Shown here one piece after another: positions 10,845 through 20,210 of a stretch of 64,000 bases of DNA; the first letter of the stretch is position 1; every line of letters begins with the position of its first letter. Where the stretch lies: IMG/VR virus record IMGVR_UViG_3300011472_000011, positions 1-64,000 of that record. One strand, 5' to 3'. A program made the position numbers and the translations under genes. The DNA comes from an uncultured virus (IMG/VR IMGVR_UViG_3300011472_000011) (Duplodnaviria > Heunggongvirae > Uroviricota > Caudoviricetes). The notes under the pieces were generated by a model. The model was not told the DNA's origin, did not search any database, and saw only the letters and a list, made by a program, of their open reading frames with translations.

Positions 10845-11381
10845 TTATATCTCCCTTTTATTTAATAATTTTATAAATTTATCAACTTCATATTCCAATG
10901 ATTTTAAATCAGTTGCCCATAGGTAATAGTTGAAATTGTAATCATCTAATGCCGTTTCTGAAATATGTTGTTGTTGATCTTTGCTTAATGGACTTTCAAA
11001 ATTAAGTCTACCAACCCTCATAGAAATAACATCATCAAAATTATCTTTCATTGAATTTATTTCATTCGGAAACCTAGTATCAGGTATTAACACATAATCC
11101 CATTCACTATAAAATGCAGTTAATATTTTTCCTATAAAATCTATCCAAAAGTTAGGATACATTTTTCTTATCTTATCTGTGCCCACCTCTTGCAACAATG
11201 TTCTTCCATAATTATCTTTTACTCCATCCCAGTCAAAGAAAGTCTTACATACATATTTAACCAAGTCTCCATAATGAGCTATTAATACTTTTTTGCCATT
11301 TGTTTCAAATTTAGCTTTTAATAAGTTTGCTGTACTGTCTTTTCCTGAGAAAGCTTTGCCAGATATTAAAATTATCTTCAT
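10845..11381 (-). CDS. deoxynucleoside monophosphate kinase
   Basis: ISGKAFSGKD P-loop, R.LLQ.VGT, DTRFPNE, HISETALD. Confidence 0.8.
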   Translation of the reverse strand: MKIILISGKAFSGKDSTANLLKAKFETNGKKVLIAHYGDLVKYVCKTFFDWDGVKDNYGRTLLQEVGTDKIRKMYPNFWIDFIGKILTAFYSEWDYVLIPDTRFPNEINSMKDNFDDVISMRVGRLNFESPLSKDQQQHISETALDDYNFNYYLWATDLKSLEYEVDKFIKLLNKREI

Positions 11382-11426
11382 TTAATCCTCCATCATGTTT
11401 AAACTGCTTCTAATTATCTTACTTTC

Positions 11427-12350
11427 TTATTTCATAAACATTACTTCGAACATGCTTTCAAATATTGTAACTGGAATTGAATTTCCTGCTTGCGAATAAA
11501 GAGCGGTACTTCCATTAACTTCAGACGCTGCATAAAAATCAGTATCTGAATAGCCTTGTAATCTCCAACACTCCAATTCCGTAAGCAATCTATATTTACC
11601 ATTTCCTAAGTCAATAATTCCACTATTCGGACATCGCAACTGCTTTGTCGTAATAGTCTTACAATGGTCTTTTATTACTTCAAGTCTGCCACTAAACGCA
11701 CTTCCGTCATCGCCAATCTTTTTCAGCATACTTGGCTGTGTAATTGTATACTTTGGGTCAACTTCATTATTAGGTTGCAAAAATTCTTTAATATGTGGTG
11801 CTTGTCTTCTTTTAAGACTTTTAAAGTTAAACGTTGTTCCATTCAAATATGAAATAGTAAATACTCTTTCTCTTTTCTGTGGAAGTCCAAAATCCATTGC
11901 ATTCAGAATATCAAATGAATTGGTGTATCCAAGCTGGCTCATCTTCGTTAAATACTTATTAAAGTTATGAATCATGTGTTTTGAAAGAACATTTTTAACA
12001 TTTTCCCAAATTACAATTCTTGGCTTCCATACTCCCATTTGTTCAATAATATTCAGTGTTTCCCACATTAAACTTGATCTAGTTTCACTACCTTCATCAG
12101 CACCTTTTTGTTTACCTGCAATACTAAAATCCTGGCAAGGTGAACCATGAATTAAAATATCAGGTTTTAAGTTCCATCCAACAACTGTTTGAGTCTTGTA
12201 ACAAAGCTCATTTGTAAACATCGCATTATATGACCTTACTGCTTTTTCATCTATTTCAACATAATCTATTGATTTAACAGGCACTCCTATGTTCCTTAGA
12301 GCAACTCTTGGGCTTCCTATTCCACCAAACAATTCAAGGATTTGTAACAT
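11427..12350 (-). CDS. C5-cytosine DNA methyltransferase
   Basis: LFGGIG, GSPCQDFS, WENV, PQKRER, RLLT..ECWRLQG, QAGNSI. Confidence 0.93.
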   Translation of the reverse strand: MLQILELFGGIGSPRVALRNIGVPVKSIDYVEIDEKAVRSYNAMFTNELCYKTQTVVGWNLKPDILIHGSPCQDFSIAGKQKGADEGSETRSSLMWETLNIIEQMGVWKPRIVIWENVKNVLSKHMIHNFNKYLTKMSQLGYTNSFDILNAMDFGLPQKRERVFTISYLNGTTFNFKSLKRRQAPHIKEFLQPNNEVDPKYTITQPSMLKKIGDDGSAFSGRLEVIKDHCKTITTKQLRCPNSGIIDLGNGKYRLLTELECWRLQGYSDTDFYAASEVNGSTALYSQAGNSIPVTIFESMFEVMFMK

Positions 12351-12352
12351 AT

Positions 12353-13312
12353 TTACACAACTCCTTTCTTATCTTTAGGTGTCCAATAAGAACTCGCTTT
12401 GCAAATACCTGTATTGTGTTTTCCAAAATCACACCAATAGCACAGCGGACTAGGACAACCTTTTGGTTTTTTTTTATCTGTTTGATAATTAGCCATTTCA
12501 TTAAATACTTTTTGAATAGCTTTTTTTGCTTCTTCAGGAGGCAATGAATATATTTCTTTACTTCCCCTTTTGCTCATCTGCTCAGTTTGTTCACTTGTTA
12601 ATTCCTTTGTAAATAACACTCTTTGATAATCAAGTAGTTTTGAAAAAAAATAGTAATTTTCAACTGGATATTCACCATACTCTTGATTAATTGCCATTGA
12701 ATATATAGGAAACTGCAAGTTCTTTTTAAGTTTTAGTTTTTCAAACATTTTAGAGCTTGATTTATAATCTATCCCTATAATCCCTTTATCTGTTTGTATC
12801 ACTAAGTCTATTAAACCAGCTAAATTTACAATATCTAAATCAGTAATATCACCATTACTATCTAAGTATTTCTTGCTAGGTATCTCAATTTCTAATGAAA
12901 ATGGGACTTCTGCTCCTAATATTTCAGAGTTGAATAATAAGTTAGTAAAATAATCTTCTGTATAGTATAAATAATTAATCATTTCAAAAGCTTGATTATA
13001 ATACTCTTCTTTTTCATTCTCAGTAATAAAAGGAATATTTTTTTCATCTAACTTCTTTCTCATCACATCTAAGTAATCTTGAATAGCAGCTTCTTTGATA
13101 TTCCATTTTTCTTTAAAAATATCCTCATGTACCATCTTGGTATTAAACAACTCCTCTAAAAATTCATGTATAGCTAGTCCATAAAGTAAATGTTTGTTTG
13201 GAACATCCTCTTTTAGCTTCATGACTTTATCCAAATACCACTTCATGGGGCATTGTAAATAATTATCTATCTGTGAATAAGAGCTATAAAGCTTATCATC
13301 TCTCAAAATCAT
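12353..13312 (-). CDS. PD-(D/E)XK nuclease, Cas4/AddB-like with probable Fe-S cluster
   Basis: SYSQI...CP, G.IDL, IDYKS, Q..IY, C-terminal C.WC...C. Confidence 0.75.
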   Translation of the reverse strand: MILRDDKLYSSYSQIDNYLQCPMKWYLDKVMKLKEDVPNKHLLYGLAIHEFLEELFNTKMVHEDIFKEKWNIKEAAIQDYLDVMRKKLDEKNIPFITENEKEEYYNQAFEMINYLYYTEDYFTNLLFNSEILGAEVPFSLEIEIPSKKYLDSNGDITDLDIVNLAGLIDLVIQTDKGIIGIDYKSSSKMFEKLKLKKNLQFPIYSMAINQEYGEYPVENYYFFSKLLDYQRVLFTKELTSEQTEQMSKRGSKEIYSLPPEEAKKAIQKVFNEMANYQTDKKKPKGCPSPLCYWCDFGKHNTGICKASSYWTPKDKKGVV

Positions 13313-13313
13313 T

Positions 13314-13607
13314 TTATTCAGCTCCTGCTAGTTGTAATTCTTGAACGTCTTTTACGATCCCTAACATATATGCTACAATCGGTGTATCTTTTGATATTAA
13401 TTGATTCATAGCTTTTTCAAATTCCATAACATTTGTTACAAGTAATACACAATTTTCACCGGTTACTATTCCGTTTGGGAAAAAGCCGACAAGTGCAACT
13501 TCATAAAATTTGCTAGTGTGATTTATTGATGATAAATTTACAGTATTATCATCCTGTATATAAGTAATGTATTCATCAGTTTCTGTTGTAATTAAATAAC
13601 ATTTCAT
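13314..13607 (-). CDS. hypothetical protein (start likely ATG at 13607)
   Basis: ORF in operon; start overlaps upstream stop. Confidence 0.55.
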   Translation of the reverse strand: MKCYLITTETDEYITYIQDDNTVNLSSINHTSKFYEVALVGFFPNGIVTGENCVLLVTNVMEFEKAMNQLISKDTPIVAYMLGIVKDVQELQLAGAE

Positions 13608-13912
13608 TATACTGCCTTCTCTCTGAGCCCCATTGACATTCCGGCACAAACTTCTGACATTTCGTTAATTCTGCTATTTATATCATCAATTGTTCTTTTA
13701 ATATCTCTAAAATTTTCTGAGTAAAAATATCCACCTTGTTCAGCTATACATATTGGATAACCATTCTTTCTTAATTTTTCTATAGCTGCTCTTTCTGCTC
13801 TGTTATCTTTATGTCCAAAAGCTAAACCTAGTTGCCTACCTTTAACTGGAATCTCTGAATTTTTAATATAGCTTAAAACTGATAAATCATATTCTGTTAA
13901 TTGTGGTTTCAT
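13607..13912 (-). CDS. winged-helix HTH protein
   Basis: R..R.AIEKLR..GYPI......GGYF pattern. Confidence 0.6.
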   Translation of the reverse strand: MKPQLTEYDLSVLSYIKNSEIPVKGRQLGLAFGHKDNRAERAAIEKLRKNGYPICIAEQGGYFYSENFRDIKRTIDDINSRINEMSEVCAGMSMGLREKAV

Positions 13913-13935
13913 GTTATAAATCCTCCTATGATTAT

Positions 13936-14277
13936 TTATCTATCCCAATTCTTTATTTCATTAATGCCAAATCCATCTATTTCGCAAGCACCATCATCAG
14001 TTGGTGTATAATGTGCGTTTAAGTGCTGAGGATACATAAACTCAATCATTGCAAAATTAGCGATATCTGCAAGAAATTCTGTATTTCCCGTTTCTTCATA
14101 TTTTTTTAATCTTTTTTTTAAACTACCTATTGCATCAATTGTTTTATGTTGTTTATAATTGTCCTTCATAGAACCATATTTGTAATATGATACACACATC
14201 ATATTTTTTCTAATATCATCAAATTTTTCTGAATATTCTGTTGATAAAATCTTTTCTATATCCATAATTTCCTCCAT
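13936..14277 (-). CDS. hypothetical protein, possibly dNTP diphosphohydrolase-like
   Basis: KYG...N...L.D.ANFAM pattern; function is a weak inference. Confidence 0.45.
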   Translation of the reverse strand: MEEIMDIEKILSTEYSEKFDDIRKNMMCVSYYKYGSMKDNYKQHKTIDAIGSLKKRLKKYEETGNTEFLADIANFAMIEFMYPQHLNAHYTPTDDGACEIDGFGINEIKNWDR

Positions 14278-14340
14278 TTATAGTAGGCTACGAGATTTCT
14301 CTCGTAACCACTTTCTATTTTTAAGCAAGATTGTGTTTTA

Positions 14341-15255
14341 TTAATTTCTAGTATCAACTATTGGAGTGCCACCTTGAACAGTAACCCATCCCCACTTTAA
14401 TCTTGCTTGCATTTCCATTCTTTGAATAACCAGTGGTGTAACTGATTCAGCCATTTTTCTATTTACTTCTGCTTCTGCCTCAGCTTCTATATTCCTTATT
14501 TCTGCCTTTATGACAGCCGCTTCTCTTTCCGCTTTTGCTTCAACTACTGTTTTTTGAGCTTCAATTTCAGATTTTTGTCTTTGTTGTTCTGCTGTTTCAA
14601 CCGCTTGTTTTGCAACCGCTTGGTCTTGAATTGCTTTTTCTATTGCTTCACCTGCATCTGAATCTATAAAGTTAATTGATACAAATTCTATACCACTAGC
14701 TGAAAATCTTTGAGCCAGTTCAGCTTCTATACCTTGATAAGCTTCATTTCTCTTCTCTCCCAAAATATCCATTACATTATATTGAGTAGTTACACTCTCA
14801 ATACTTCTTTGTACTGTAGGTGGAATAAAGCTAGCAGCTACATTATCAAGATTTTTATATTGCTGAAACACCTGAAATGCTGTACCTTTATTAACCTTAT
14901 ACTTAACATCTATCGTCATGTTAACCCATTGAGAATCCTTCGTTTGTCCAGTTATATTTTGTAATTGTACTGTTTGAACTTCTGTGTTAATCTTGTAGAC
15001 TTTATCCAAAACTCCTTTTGTTCTAAAACCCTCATTAACAGTCTCTTCTTTAACTCCAGTAAAAGGACTGTATAAAATACCTACATGATTTGCCGGAACA
15101 ATAGTAAACAAATTAAGCAAAATTAACGACAATGGTAATATTGCTACAAGCTGTTTGCTATTTAACTTGAATTTGACTGAATAGTTGTCCTCTTTTAAAC
15201 CAAATAACACAAATAAGATTACTGATAAAACTGCACTAATAATTACTAATAACAT
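14341..15255 (-). CDS. SPFH/Band 7/prohibitin family membrane protein
   Basis: Two N-terminal TMs, TKDSQ.V..., C-terminal Ala/Glu coiled coil. Confidence 0.85.
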   Translation of the reverse strand: MLLVIISAVLSVILFVLFGLKEDNYSVKFKLNSKQLVAILPLSLILLNLFTIVPANHVGILYSPFTGVKEETVNEGFRTKGVLDKVYKINTEVQTVQLQNITGQTKDSQWVNMTIDVKYKVNKGTAFQVFQQYKNLDNVAASFIPPTVQRSIESVTTQYNVMDILGEKRNEAYQGIEAELAQRFSASGIEFVSINFIDSDAGEAIEKAIQDQAVAKQAVETAEQQRQKSEIEAQKTVVEAKAEREAAVIKAEIRNIEAEAEAEVNRKMAESVTPLVIQRMEMQARLKWGWVTVQGGTPIVDTRN

Positions 15256-15312
15256 TTCTTTTTCTCCTTATGTTTTATTATTTTTTTATATAAACGTTGT
15301 TTTCAACGATTA

Positions 15313-17646
15313 TTATTTTATTGGGCATATTCCACTACTACAATCAGATTCATCTAGTTCAAATTCCTCACCTTTTTCATATTTATAAAGTAAACTCGGA
15401 TTAAATTTAGGTGTTTCCGATAATACTTTAAAATATTGCTCTTCTGTTATTTCTTCAAATGGCATTAACTCATACATTGAATCATCCAGCGGTAGAAAAC
15501 TTATTGCAACTATATCATCCCAATTATCCCAAACCCATTGCTCAACTTCTTCCCACTCATGTTTTCTAACATGAACTGTAATTGATACATTATGATCAGC
15601 ATAATATTTCATAAACATTTTGTAGTTTTCAAGTTGCTCAATAGCTGATATATCAAATTTCGTTAATCCTTTTGGAGATTTAGCCGGAAAATCTATAACT
15701 ATTGTCTTAGCATTTTTTCTAGTTTGTCCTATCTCTGGATTCCAGTTATAACCTAGTTCTTTTAATACCATAGCTAAAGGATCAAAAGCATTTATTCTAA
15801 CTCTTCTAATGAAGTATTCACTATGACTATAATGAACTCCTGCTGATACATTTGCTAATAAACTAATCGTTCCGCTCGGTTTATTTGTTGTATGTAGAAC
15901 AGGAGCGTTAAATCCTAATTGTTTTGCTAAATCTTCAGTTGCTTTTATAGCCACTTCTTTTAAGTTACTCAATATTCTTATTTGTTCCTCTTTAGATAGA
16001 CTTAACTCATTTATAAAATCCTGCCATCCTGTTATAGAGCATCCTGTCAACCTATCTCTTTTGTTGATATAATCCCATCTATGAAGCTCAAAATCAACGC
16101 AAGTCATTCTATATCCCATTCTCGCAGACAAGTATTGTGCTTCATATAAAGCTTTTTCATCAAGAACTCCATCTATTACAAAAGCTAAAGGTACAATTTC
16201 TGTTAAGTTACACATTCCCTTGTCATCAAGCAATATTTCAAAGCATGGATTAACTCCATTAAAAGCTATTCTTCTTTTTCTTGCTTGTTCTGCATTTAAA
16301 AATCCTGGCTCCCCTGAATAACGCATTTGCTCAAGTTGCCAATGTAGTTGTTCCCTAGTAGGTTTTTGTTCATAGAATATTGAATTGTTACTCATTGTTC
16401 TATGAGCAATGTCTTTGTCAATAATCCATTTACCAGCTACAAGTTTATATAATCCTGTTTTAGCTTCAATAACCTGTTTTTCATTTACAGAACATAATGC
16501 ATTCTCTGCTGTTCTCCTGACTCCACCTGATACTACATTTTCACCTAATATATTTGATATATCTAAACAATCAATAGGTCTTAATTTTGCATAGTTTTTA
16601 TTTACTTTATTAGGACAATCCTTTATTACCTTTGAAATTTTATTTAGCATTATCTGTATTGATTCATGTCCACTTGCATAACCGCCAAATGTTTTTAATC
16701 TTTCACCTTTTGGTCTAATGTTGTCATAACATAACATTATAGTATCAATATGCTTATAAAAGCTTTCATAGTGCAATTTCAAAAATAAACTTAGAGCTTG
16801 AACCCATGCTTCTTTTGAATCTCCAATAGTTATCTTTGCTATCGAACCATTAAATGAAACTTCTGTTAACTCTTTTCTTTCACTCTTAGAAATAGGTTCA
16901 TAATATTTGTCTACAATCTCTATATCTGTTCTTATCGATGGTAATTTTTCTACATCTTCTGGAAGTATTCTTAACCCAACTCCGGAGCCAATAAGTAATA
17001 AATAGAAACATTCAACAAAGGAGCTAAAGTCATTTATTATTGAAAACGCACAACTAAAGTTTGACATTGGGTACTTCTTGCTAACTTCTGTTCCACCAAC
17101 CCATAAACTTCTACCGCTTGGAAACTGCCTTAAGTTATAGATATTGTCATATAATCTTTCGGCTTCTTTTACTGTGGTTGGTGCTAGATTACAATTATAC
17201 TCAACAACCCTAGCTACAACTTCCCACCATCGTTCCCTTCTATTTTCTTCCGGCAAATATCTGCTATATGTTCTATAAAAAACAAAGCTGTTCATATCAG
17301 TTTTAAAAGGGTCAGGCAAGTGTTTATATTTTGATAAAAATTCCTCAGATAATAATTTATAACCTTTTCTAAGTTCCCTTTTTTGATTCTTTTTATTTCT
17401 ATAATCATTGTATACCTTACCTAGTTCTCTATTTACTGTATACAATTCAGCTACAACAATCTCTTGAATTTCTTCAACTGTTATTGTATCTTTTTCTGAG
17501 TTTTTAATTTCAATTTCAATTTGTCTCAGTATATCCTTATGATTAATTGAGCAGCTAATTTCATCTATAGCATTAACTACCGCTCTCTCAATCTTAGTAA
17601 TATCAAAATCTACTACTTTACCATTTCTTTTGGTTACTTTAATCAT
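15313..17646 (-). CDS. nrdJ: class II (adenosylcobalamin-dependent) ribonucleotide reductase with N-terminal ATP cone
   Basis: VTKRNG ATP cone, RTYSR, VVSGGVRRTA, GVNPCFEI, CNLTE, KPSGT, C-terminal C..G.CP. Confidence 0.9.
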   Translation of the reverse strand: MIKVTKRNGKVVDFDITKIERAVVNAIDEISCSINHKDILRQIEIEIKNSEKDTITVEEIQEIVVAELYTVNRELGKVYNDYRNKKNQKRELRKGYKLLSEEFLSKYKHLPDPFKTDMNSFVFYRTYSRYLPEENRRERWWEVVARVVEYNCNLAPTTVKEAERLYDNIYNLRQFPSGRSLWVGGTEVSKKYPMSNFSCAFSIINDFSSFVECFYLLLIGSGVGLRILPEDVEKLPSIRTDIEIVDKYYEPISKSERKELTEVSFNGSIAKITIGDSKEAWVQALSLFLKLHYESFYKHIDTIMLCYDNIRPKGERLKTFGGYASGHESIQIMLNKISKVIKDCPNKVNKNYAKLRPIDCLDISNILGENVVSGGVRRTAENALCSVNEKQVIEAKTGLYKLVAGKWIIDKDIAHRTMSNNSIFYEQKPTREQLHWQLEQMRYSGEPGFLNAEQARKRRIAFNGVNPCFEILLDDKGMCNLTEIVPLAFVIDGVLDEKALYEAQYLSARMGYRMTCVDFELHRWDYINKRDRLTGCSITGWQDFINELSLSKEEQIRILSNLKEVAIKATEDLAKQLGFNAPVLHTTNKPSGTISLLANVSAGVHYSHSEYFIRRVRINAFDPLAMVLKELGYNWNPEIGQTRKNAKTIVIDFPAKSPKGLTKFDISAIEQLENYKMFMKYYADHNVSITVHVRKHEWEEVEQWVWDNWDDIVAISFLPLDDSMYELMPFEEITEEQYFKVLSETPKFNPSLLYKYEKGEEFELDESDCSSGICPIK

Positions 17647-17706
17647 TAATTTTCCTTTCTGACTTCATTTCATGTTGTAATAAAGTGATTATTATAGGTT
17701 CTTAAA

Positions 17707-18396
17707 TCATATAATATCATCTAAACTAAAATTATCTGATTTTAAGCTTGCTTCAAATAACCTTTCGTTTGATATGTCAAACCACTCTTTATTTAACTCT
17801 ACACCAATAAAACTTCTATTGTTTTCAAGTGCTACAATTCCATGACTTCCACTTCCCATACAAGGATCAAATATTGTATCACCTTCTTTACTATTATCAA
17901 AAATCAACTCTTTTAATAATTCATGGTTCTTTTCAGTTGGATGTACCTTACTTCTACCACATGGATAAGTAAAAACAGTATTTTTACAATGTGCATTAAA
18001 TGTTCCACCACGTTTTTTAAACCATATAGCATTTTCAATCCCAGATAAATATATGTATTTACCATTCATAGGGCTAGGATTAGTTTTCTGCCAAATTAAT
18101 TGTCTAATTGTGCCTTGATTATTATTTTGTTTAGATTGAAAAAAGATCTTAATTTCACTTAATTGATGTTGTCCACAGAAGATAATGACTGTGCTTTTAG
18201 TAACTCTATAAATTTCATTTAAAAATTCTTCTAAATTAAATGTCATTACATCTGCATCTTCTTTATCAAGATTTCTTAAACCATTACTGTCTCTATTCAC
18301 TTCTCCATATGGAATATCAGTTAAAGTCATATTAACTGAATTTTCTTTCATAACTTTCATTACATTAATACAGTCATCATTAAAAACGTTAAACAA
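17707..18396 (-). CDS. DNA methyltransferase, N4-C/N6-A beta class
   Basis: TDIPY catalytic motif precedes HPTEK...FDPCMGSG. Confidence 0.85.
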   Translation of the reverse strand: MFNVFNDDCINVMKVMKENSVNMTLTDIPYGEVNRDSNGLRNLDKEDADVMTFNLEEFLNEIYRVTKSTVIIFCGQHQLSEIKIFFQSKQNNNQGTIRQLIWQKTNPSPMNGKYIYLSGIENAIWFKKRGGTFNAHCKNTVFTYPCGRSKVHPTEKNHELLKELIFDNSKEGDTIFDPCMGSGSHGIVALENNRSFIGVELNKEWFDISNERLFEASLKSDNFSLDDII

Positions 18397-18421
18397 ATCA
18401 TCGTTTCCTCCTTATTTAGTT

Positions 18422-19063
18422 TTAAGCAAGATTGTTTTGTATATTATTTAAAAATTTTTCATTGTATACTTTCTTATTATATCTAATCCAATCTATTATA
18501 GGCAGACCTTCATATCCTTTTTCCCAAACATACCATGCATAGCATTGGGCACCTTGATTGNNNNNNNNNNTCCAACAATCTATTCTATCTGAGAATATAT
18601 AAACCTTTTTCGGTGGATGATTCTTAAATAAATTTTCGTATCTGCTTTGACTTTCTAAAAATAACAGTTTTAAAAACATATAAACTCTGCCGTTTTCTCT
18701 AACATCATCTATCGCTTTTAAAATCATCTGTTGTGTATTTCTCTGATACGGTGGATTAGTAATAATAATATCATATTTATCTTTAAAATTAGTTTGTAAG
18801 TAGTCCGTGTTTCCTACACCATATCCTCTATCAACCAAGTCATAACTATCAACTTTTTGACCTGTTAATTTCTCTAATCTTTTTGAAAGATTGCCCTCAC
18901 CTGCCATTGGTTCTAATATTGATTTTCCAATGAAGTTTATGCCCTCTCTTTCAAGTAGCAAATCAATTGCTATTGGATTAGAAGCATAATAATTATATTC
19001 TTCTCTTTCATGTTCGGTATGATTAGAAGCTCCTAGTGTTTTATATACCCTATCTAATGTCAT
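18422..19063 (-). CDS. DNA methyltransferase (NPPY type); contains an assembly gap
   Basis: LEPMAGEG and IITNPPY; start likely ATG at 19063; 10 N at 18561-18570. Confidence 0.8.
   Translation of the reverse strand: MTLDRVYKTLGASNHTEHEREEYNYYASNPIAIDLLLEREGINFIGKSILEPMAGEGNLSKRLEKLTGQKVDSYDLVDRGYGVGNTDYLQTNFKDKYDIIITNPPYQRNTQQMILKAIDDVRENGRVYMFLKLLFLESQSRYENLFKNHPPKKVYIFSDRIDCWXXXXNQGAQCYAWYVWEKGYEGLPIIDWIRYNKKVYNEKFLNNIQNNLA
18561..18570. other. scaffold gap (10 N)
   Basis: nnnnnnnnnn in sequence. Confidence 1.
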
Positions 19064-19067
19064 AAAT

Positions 19068-19151
19068 TTACCACCTATATCTATCTGATAGACTACCAAG
19101 CAGCACCCCTAGAAGCCAACCTAGCATTATCAACAATGTTTTATCTTCCAT
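19068..19151 (-). CDS. 27-aa hydrophobic micropeptide, not in ORF track
   Basis: MEDKTLLIMLGWLLGVLLGSLSDRYRW fills the gap between primase and MTase exactly. Confidence 0.5.
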   Translation of the reverse strand: MEDKTLLIMLGWLLGVLLGSLSDRYRW

Positions 19152-19153
19152 AA

Positions 19154-20194
19154 TTACATTACTGCCTTTCTACTATTATATAAATATTCCCATTGCTCCT
19201 TAGTGATATCTGAAGGACTTGATTTTTCAGGAATATTTATTATAGACATATCTATATAAGATATATCTGCAAACTTTTTTGTTTTTTCTATCACCATTTT
19301 GTTTAATTTCCTTCCAGCTTCATCATTATCACCACATACAATTATCTTAGCTCCGGTCTTTAACAATATATAAATCTGATTATCACTTATCGAACTTCCC
19401 ATTGTTGCAACTGTATTATCAATTCCCCATTGGTGTAATCTCCAAATACTTTTAAAACCTTCAAATAATATAACTTCGTTAAATAAATCAATAAACGGAT
19501 CAGCTCTACTAATGTTGTATAATGTTTTAGTCTTATCTATTCCTGGGTACAATAAATATTTCTGTAAATTTTCAAACTCTATATCTTCATCAGACTTAAT
19601 GCTTCTACCTGACACAGTCAATATGCTGCCATCTGGATTATCAATAGGTATTGTTATTCTATCTGCAAAATAGCCGTCAAAAGTAAAACTAAGACTGAAA
19701 TATTCTCTTGTTTCATTGTCAAATCTCTCTTGTCTTAATACCGTATGAAGCTTAGGAATAAATGTATTTAATATTCTGTTGTCAAAGACCGCAATTTCTT
19801 CGTTTTTCTTTTTGTTTCTAATTTGTTTTACTTGTTTTAAAAAGTTCAAGTTATCAGCATTTACGGCAGCACTTTTACTTTTAAAACCAATTTCCTTACC
19901 TATCAAATCTGATATAAATTCTATAGCTTCTGTGAAATCACAGCTCTTTGCTGCCATAATAATATTGTATATATCATAGCTTTTGTGGCATTTAGTAAAA
20001 CAATAGCCTGTGCCTTGAGAAACTTTAAAACTAAACGCATTAGGATTGTCTGCTCCCTCATGAAATGGGCATATTGATGTTATCCTATCACCAATTTTAT
20101 TAACTTCCTTCAATCCTAGTTGTTTAAATAAGGTCTCTATTCCTATTTTTTCATCAATATTTTGTGATATTGTTGATTTATCAGTAGATAACAA
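19154..20194 (-). CDS. dnaG: DNA primase (CHC2 zinc finger + TOPRIM)
   Basis: CPFH...C...C, RITIPI, LFEG..S, DNDEAG. Confidence 0.88.
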   Translation of the reverse strand: MLSTDKSTISQNIDEKIGIETLFKQLGLKEVNKIGDRITSICPFHEGADNPNAFSFKVSQGTGYCFTKCHKSYDIYNIIMAAKSCDFTEAIEFISDLIGKEIGFKSKSAAVNADNLNFLKQVKQIRNKKKNEEIAVFDNRILNTFIPKLHTVLRQERFDNETREYFSLSFTFDGYFADRITIPIDNPDGSILTVSGRSIKSDEDIEFENLQKYLLYPGIDKTKTLYNISRADPFIDLFNEVILFEGFKSIWRLHQWGIDNTVATMGSSISDNQIYILLKTGAKIIVCGDNDEAGRKLNKMVIEKTKKFADISYIDMSIINIPEKSSPSDITKEQWEYLYNSRKAVM

Positions 20195-20210
20195 TATTAA
20201 TCACACCTAT

